Positions 60,653-64,000 of a DNA stretch of 64,000 nucleotides are shown here, one piece after another. Below the pieces are notes generated by a model. That model was not told where the DNA came from. It worked only from the letters and a program-made list of their open reading frames with translations, and searched no databases. Location: assembly GCA_050951325.1 (NCBI GenBank), contig JBMNIW010000004.1:96001-160000 (forward strand). Reading direction: 5' to 3'. How positions within the stretch are numbered: position 1 is the stretch's first letter; each line of letters begins with the position of its first letter. A program made the translations under genes and the position numbers. The DNA is from Clostridia bacterium. GTDB lineage: Bacteria; Bacillota; Clostridia; UBA1212; DUPL01.

Positions 60653-60797
60653 ATGGCAGCTATGTACATTTTTTATTCAAGCAGTGGCGGTTTATCAAAT
60701 GATCTGAGATGCCTCCGTGTAGATGAAGTGAGGTACAATCTTCTTATCATTTCTTAGGCGCATAAACCGCTGATTCGGACGGTTTATGCGTTTTTTT
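60653..60797 (+). promoter_or_regulatory. Putative leader-peptide attenuator
   Basis: GAGGAGG RBS, 34-codon ORF 60653..60757, terminator 60759..60797, and a segment at 60687..60695 complementary to the terminator's 5' arm. Confidence 0.5.
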
Positions 60798-60866
60798 CTT
60801 CCGAATATTGCAATAGTTTTATTTTCGTTTTATTTCGATTTATATTTTTGAATAAGGAGGCACACG

Positions 60867-61187
60867 ATGAAACATAGGTTATTTTCTCGTTCTATAGCTT
60901 TGCTCGTTGTTTTCGGGTTATTGCTGACTGGCTCTATTTTGCCAGTTTCGGCAACTACAATTTCCGAAGTTGTCGATTCATCGAACAATCTCATTCTTGA
61001 TGGAGATTTGATCAAAGATGACAACTTTATAATTTCCGATGAAATCATTCTTCGCGCAGATGATCCAAGCATTGCGGAAGAAAGTATGATTTTGAAATAC
61101 GTTGACAGTGCGCAGTTTAATGCAGCACGCCATACTCAACGACTCACAGATTTGGAAGATCTAAATACACAGAACTGTAGGATGTAA
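60867..61187 (+). pseudogene. Truncated N-terminus of a large secreted protein (RHS/wall-associated type)
   Basis: Strong RBS AAGGAGG, signal peptide, then HTQRLTDLEDLNT ending abruptly. Confidence 0.5.
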
Positions 61188-61204
61188 TGTCAATTTTTAG
61201 AGCA

Positions 61205-61244
61205 TAAAAAACGCCAGCTCTGAGTGTAAACTCGGAGCTGGCGT
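61205..61244 (-). terminator. Intrinsic terminator
   Basis: ACGCCAGCTCTGAG-tgtaaa-CTCGGAGCTGGCGT stem; the preceding A-tract gives a U-tract on the minus strand. Confidence 0.8.
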
Positions 61245-61259
61245 CATATTGGTATCCAT

Positions 61260-62678
61260 CTATAAAAGTATTAACTCTACTGATTGGTCAATAACGATAT
61301 CTTCTTTGATAATAAAATAAAGCATTGACCTTAAATCCGATTGATCAATATGCTTCAAAATAATTGTTGAAATTATGCAACGATCGGCATCGTTTTCGAG
61401 TTCCGGGTAGTTTTCCAGATCCTCCGGGGAATAAGTAAGGATCAAATTTTTTACAGCAGAATTGAGTGTTCCATTCTTAATTTCAAATTGGATACCGACT
61501 GTTTCGCCATTAGCCAGAGAATTCTGTACTTTTTCGATAGCACTGTCAATATACGTTTCAAGCATATTGTCAGGAATATCCTTTGAAATTCCTGCCCGAT
61601 AATCATCAATGACAGATAAATATAGCTGCACACGCTGATCTTCGCTCATTCCGGTTTCACAATAAGGAAGCTTGGTTCGCTGATTGGTATAGTTATGCTG
61701 GCAAAACATTTCGACTTCGCCTGTCATGCCCCAGGAATTATTGCTTGCGAGAGAGTCGTATCGTTCTTGTGTGCTGAATGCGAAATAATCCATATTGTCG
61801 TGGGCAAGGTGTGGTGCCTGCCAACAAGCATCAAAGTGATACCACTGTCCTCCTATGCAAATCATCGACCATGCGTGGTCTGCTCCTTCGAATCCGTCTT
61901 TTCCCAAAGAGCGGGCCAAGATTGTTTCGAATCCGATCTGGTTTGCAAGCATATTCAGATAGCTGGCATATTCTACACATTCGCCCATTTTATAGATGAT
62001 GCAGTTATACAAATCGGGGTGAACACCGTAAGTCTGGTAGGGGGAGCCATAAATCATGTGCTCTGAAACATACAAATACAGCTTTGCAATGCGCGACCAA
62101 TCACTGTCGTCTTCCTGAATCAGCGATAGTGCTTCATTCATGATTTTTTCAAAGGAACGATAATTTTCTTCGCAAATTACTTCGTTTGCTTTGAATTTTA
62201 GTATTAAAGTACTGTTTTCGTATAAAAATGGTTCGCTGGAATCAGCGTAGGTTTGAATCAGGCTTCTTACCGGAACAAATTCAGAAAGTAAAAAACGCCA
62301 AAGCTTCCATGCTTCATCTTCCGATGCAAGGCCTTCCACAACGCCGTTGTAAGACAAAATGGAATCTATCATTTTACAATAGAGCGAATATTCTCGCTCC
62401 GTATAATACGACTGCGCATCGGCAGATATCATATACGGATCATATTGGAACAACGGCTCCGAATCGGCTGGGGGCGGATCAGGGATCGTTGGCGTTGTGG
62501 GCAGAGAAGTTTCCTGCGTTGGTTCGCTGCCTTGAGATTCATAGCCGGAAGAAGGGCAACTGCTCATTTGCGAGGGGACAGAAGTGTTTGGGGTATTGTC
62601 GATTTGTGCGCTATTACACCCCGTTACAGATGCCAAAATCAATATAAGGGACAGTATTATTGTCAAGATTCTTTTCAT
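61260..62678 (-). CDS. Transglutaminase-like domain lipoprotein
   Basis: Lipobox VTGC; GECVEYA, HAWS and WYHFDACW supply the Cys-His-Asp triad. Confidence 0.85.
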   Translation of the reverse strand: MKRILTIILSLILILASVTGCNSAQIDNTPNTSVPSQMSSCPSSGYESQGSEPTQETSLPTTPTIPDPPPADSEPLFQYDPYMISADAQSYYTEREYSLYCKMIDSILSYNGVVEGLASEDEAWKLWRFLLSEFVPVRSLIQTYADSSEPFLYENSTLILKFKANEVICEENYRSFEKIMNEALSLIQEDDSDWSRIAKLYLYVSEHMIYGSPYQTYGVHPDLYNCIIYKMGECVEYASYLNMLANQIGFETILARSLGKDGFEGADHAWSMICIGGQWYHFDACWQAPHLAHDNMDYFAFSTQERYDSLASNNSWGMTGEVEMFCQHNYTNQRTKLPYCETGMSEDQRVQLYLSVIDDYRAGISKDIPDNMLETYIDSAIEKVQNSLANGETVGIQFEIKNGTLNSAVKNLILTYSPEDLENYPELENDADRCIISTIILKHIDQSDLRSMLYFIIKEDIVIDQSVELILL

Positions 62679-63048
62679 AACTATACCTCTCAAGATATCC
62701 AAATTAAAATACATTTCTTATACGCTCTATTGTGTACTCATGTTTTATCATTTGCTGCTCGATCTATATTACGCTTTATAATCAGTTCCTTTGCAGCTAA
62801 CGATAATATTTGGGGCGTATCCTGCAGGGGTAATAACAATATCAGAGTAATATTCACGCTCATTTTCTCGAAGTGCCGAAGACAACTCATTACTGGATTT
62901 GCTAATTTTCAAGCAGTTAAATAATTAATCCTGTCTAATCCTTTGGGTTCAATTCAAAAAATATATCCGTTTTTTAGTTGATATTTTTGATATTCACAAA
63001 AAAATATGCCAAGGCTTCTCTTTTGGAACAAAGACACTTGACAGACTA

Positions 63049-63083
63049 TACAGTCTCACGCAACATTGTTGCGTGAGACTGTA
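63049..63083. repeat. Perfect 35-bp palindrome
   Basis: TACAGTCTCACGCAACA-T-TGTTGCGTGAGACTGTA. Confidence 0.85.
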
Positions 63084-63151
63084 ATTAGCGACACAGAAGT
63101 TTTGCTACCATAGTCTATGTGTCTGAATTTTTACAGCTAAATCGCTTTGGG

Positions 63152-63652
63152 TTAATTTTTAGTAACATGATACCACCCACCTTGAATTGATTTCACTTTC
63201 ACTTTTGAATTTTCGCTTGGGGAATTCACCCACGATGGCTTTTGGTCGGGAGAATATACAAGAGCATATTCTCCGTTAGAAATACAAAATGAAATCCGAT
63301 TCTCATGAATCCTAATGGTATCAAAAATCGAATCCTTGTCAGGAAATGCATTGTTGCGTATTGAAGTAAGAGATGATACGACATCACTTGGTAAGATTAA
63401 ATAACTTTTAGTTTCCGGATCAAATAATGTAACTTCTCCATTCCCATCATTTGAAACAGATAGCCACTTGTCAGATTTGTCAGGAAATGCTTCGGTAATA
63501 TAATTTTTAACCAAATCAAAGTCATTTGCAAACTTTTCATAATCAGCAGAGTATTTCCAAAAATGATTATAACTGACTATCATCAATTCAATACCGAAGA
63601 TCGCAATAACGCCTATCATCAGCGTTGTTAAAATCCAGATTATTTTTTTCAT
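63152..63652 (-). CDS. Hypothetical membrane-anchored protein, candidate immunity protein
   Basis: N-terminal TM; directly downstream of the DUF3289-like C-terminal domain. Confidence 0.6.
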   Translation of the reverse strand: MKKIIWILTTLMIGVIAIFGIELMIVSYNHFWKYSADYEKFANDFDLVKNYITEAFPDKSDKWLSVSNDGNGEVTLFDPETKSYLILPSDVVSSLTSIRNNAFPDKDSIFDTIRIHENRISFCISNGEYALVYSPDQKPSWVNSPSENSKVKVKSIQGGWYHVTKN

Positions 63653-63702
63653 AGAAATATTGGCCCCTTTCCATATTTGAATTTGTGCATATTTGTAAAC
63701 AC

Positions 63703-64000
63703 TTATGAAATTGTTCCGGATACCCTGACATCAAATTCAATCATAGTTAGAAAAGGTTTATATGCTGAGTCATATGCTGCATAATGTTGTAACACATACC
63801 ACGAGCGAAACCAGCCAATGGACCGTATTTTTCCACATCTGCTTGATCTAAACCAAAATGGTCATATAAGGTGTAGTGTAGCGTGTATGAATAACTGTTT
63901 CCACTAATGTTGTACGAAGTTACTTCAATTTTGTTGCCCCACAAACCATCTATGCATATAGTCAATCCGTTGATTTTATCAGATGCAGTATTGTAAACCG
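63703..64000 (-). pseudogene. 3' end of a DUF3289-like (YPO3983-like) domain gene with an apparent 1-bp deletion near 63807
   Basis: NGLTICIDG...YTLYDHFGLD. Restoring one base gives GFRSWYVLQHY...YKPFLTMIEF to a stop at 63703. Confidence 0.6.

Noticed and set aside
61170-61200. TAATGTCAA resembling the IS4 TIR at the truncation point
   Set aside because: Only about 7 bp match and there is no partner end or TSD.
62730-62930. Short minus-strand reading frames between the transglutaminase and immunity-like genes
   Set aside because: No convincing start, RBS or recognisable motif; possibly a remnant but unsupported.
1-64000. rRNA, tRNA and known riboswitches
   Set aside because: No cloverleaf, rRNA or clear riboswitch consensus recognised by eye; an Rfam/tRNAscan run would be needed to exclude them.

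Overview
Chromosomal window from a low-GC, spore-forming Clostridia-class bacterium (spmAB, cwlD, abrB, sigmaE-like promoters). It holds housekeeping blocks (yaaO-darA-holB-ricT-trmN6-rsmI/abrB and rpoBC-rpsL-rpsG-fusA-tuf), a glycosidase-lipase-glpK operon, and several accessory regions. Four features stand out. (1) A 7.7-kb Tad-like operon is led by a Ser/Thr kinase fused to a degenerate MinD/CpaE-like domain and ends in five leaderless pilin-like genes with a shared M[DE]KVIA-type N-terminus. (2) An IS4-family element sits at the centre of a perfect 99-bp palindrome (49-bp arms, 10-bp TSD), and an IS1634-family element later duplicated 205 bp that includes one IS4 end. (3) An 839-aa protein fuses an RNAP alpha-CTD to a sigma70 region 4. 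(4) There are several apparent pseudoenzymes and a decayed RHS/toxin-immunity-like island with a putative leader-peptide attenuator. All family calls come from reading motifs by eye; no database searches were run.
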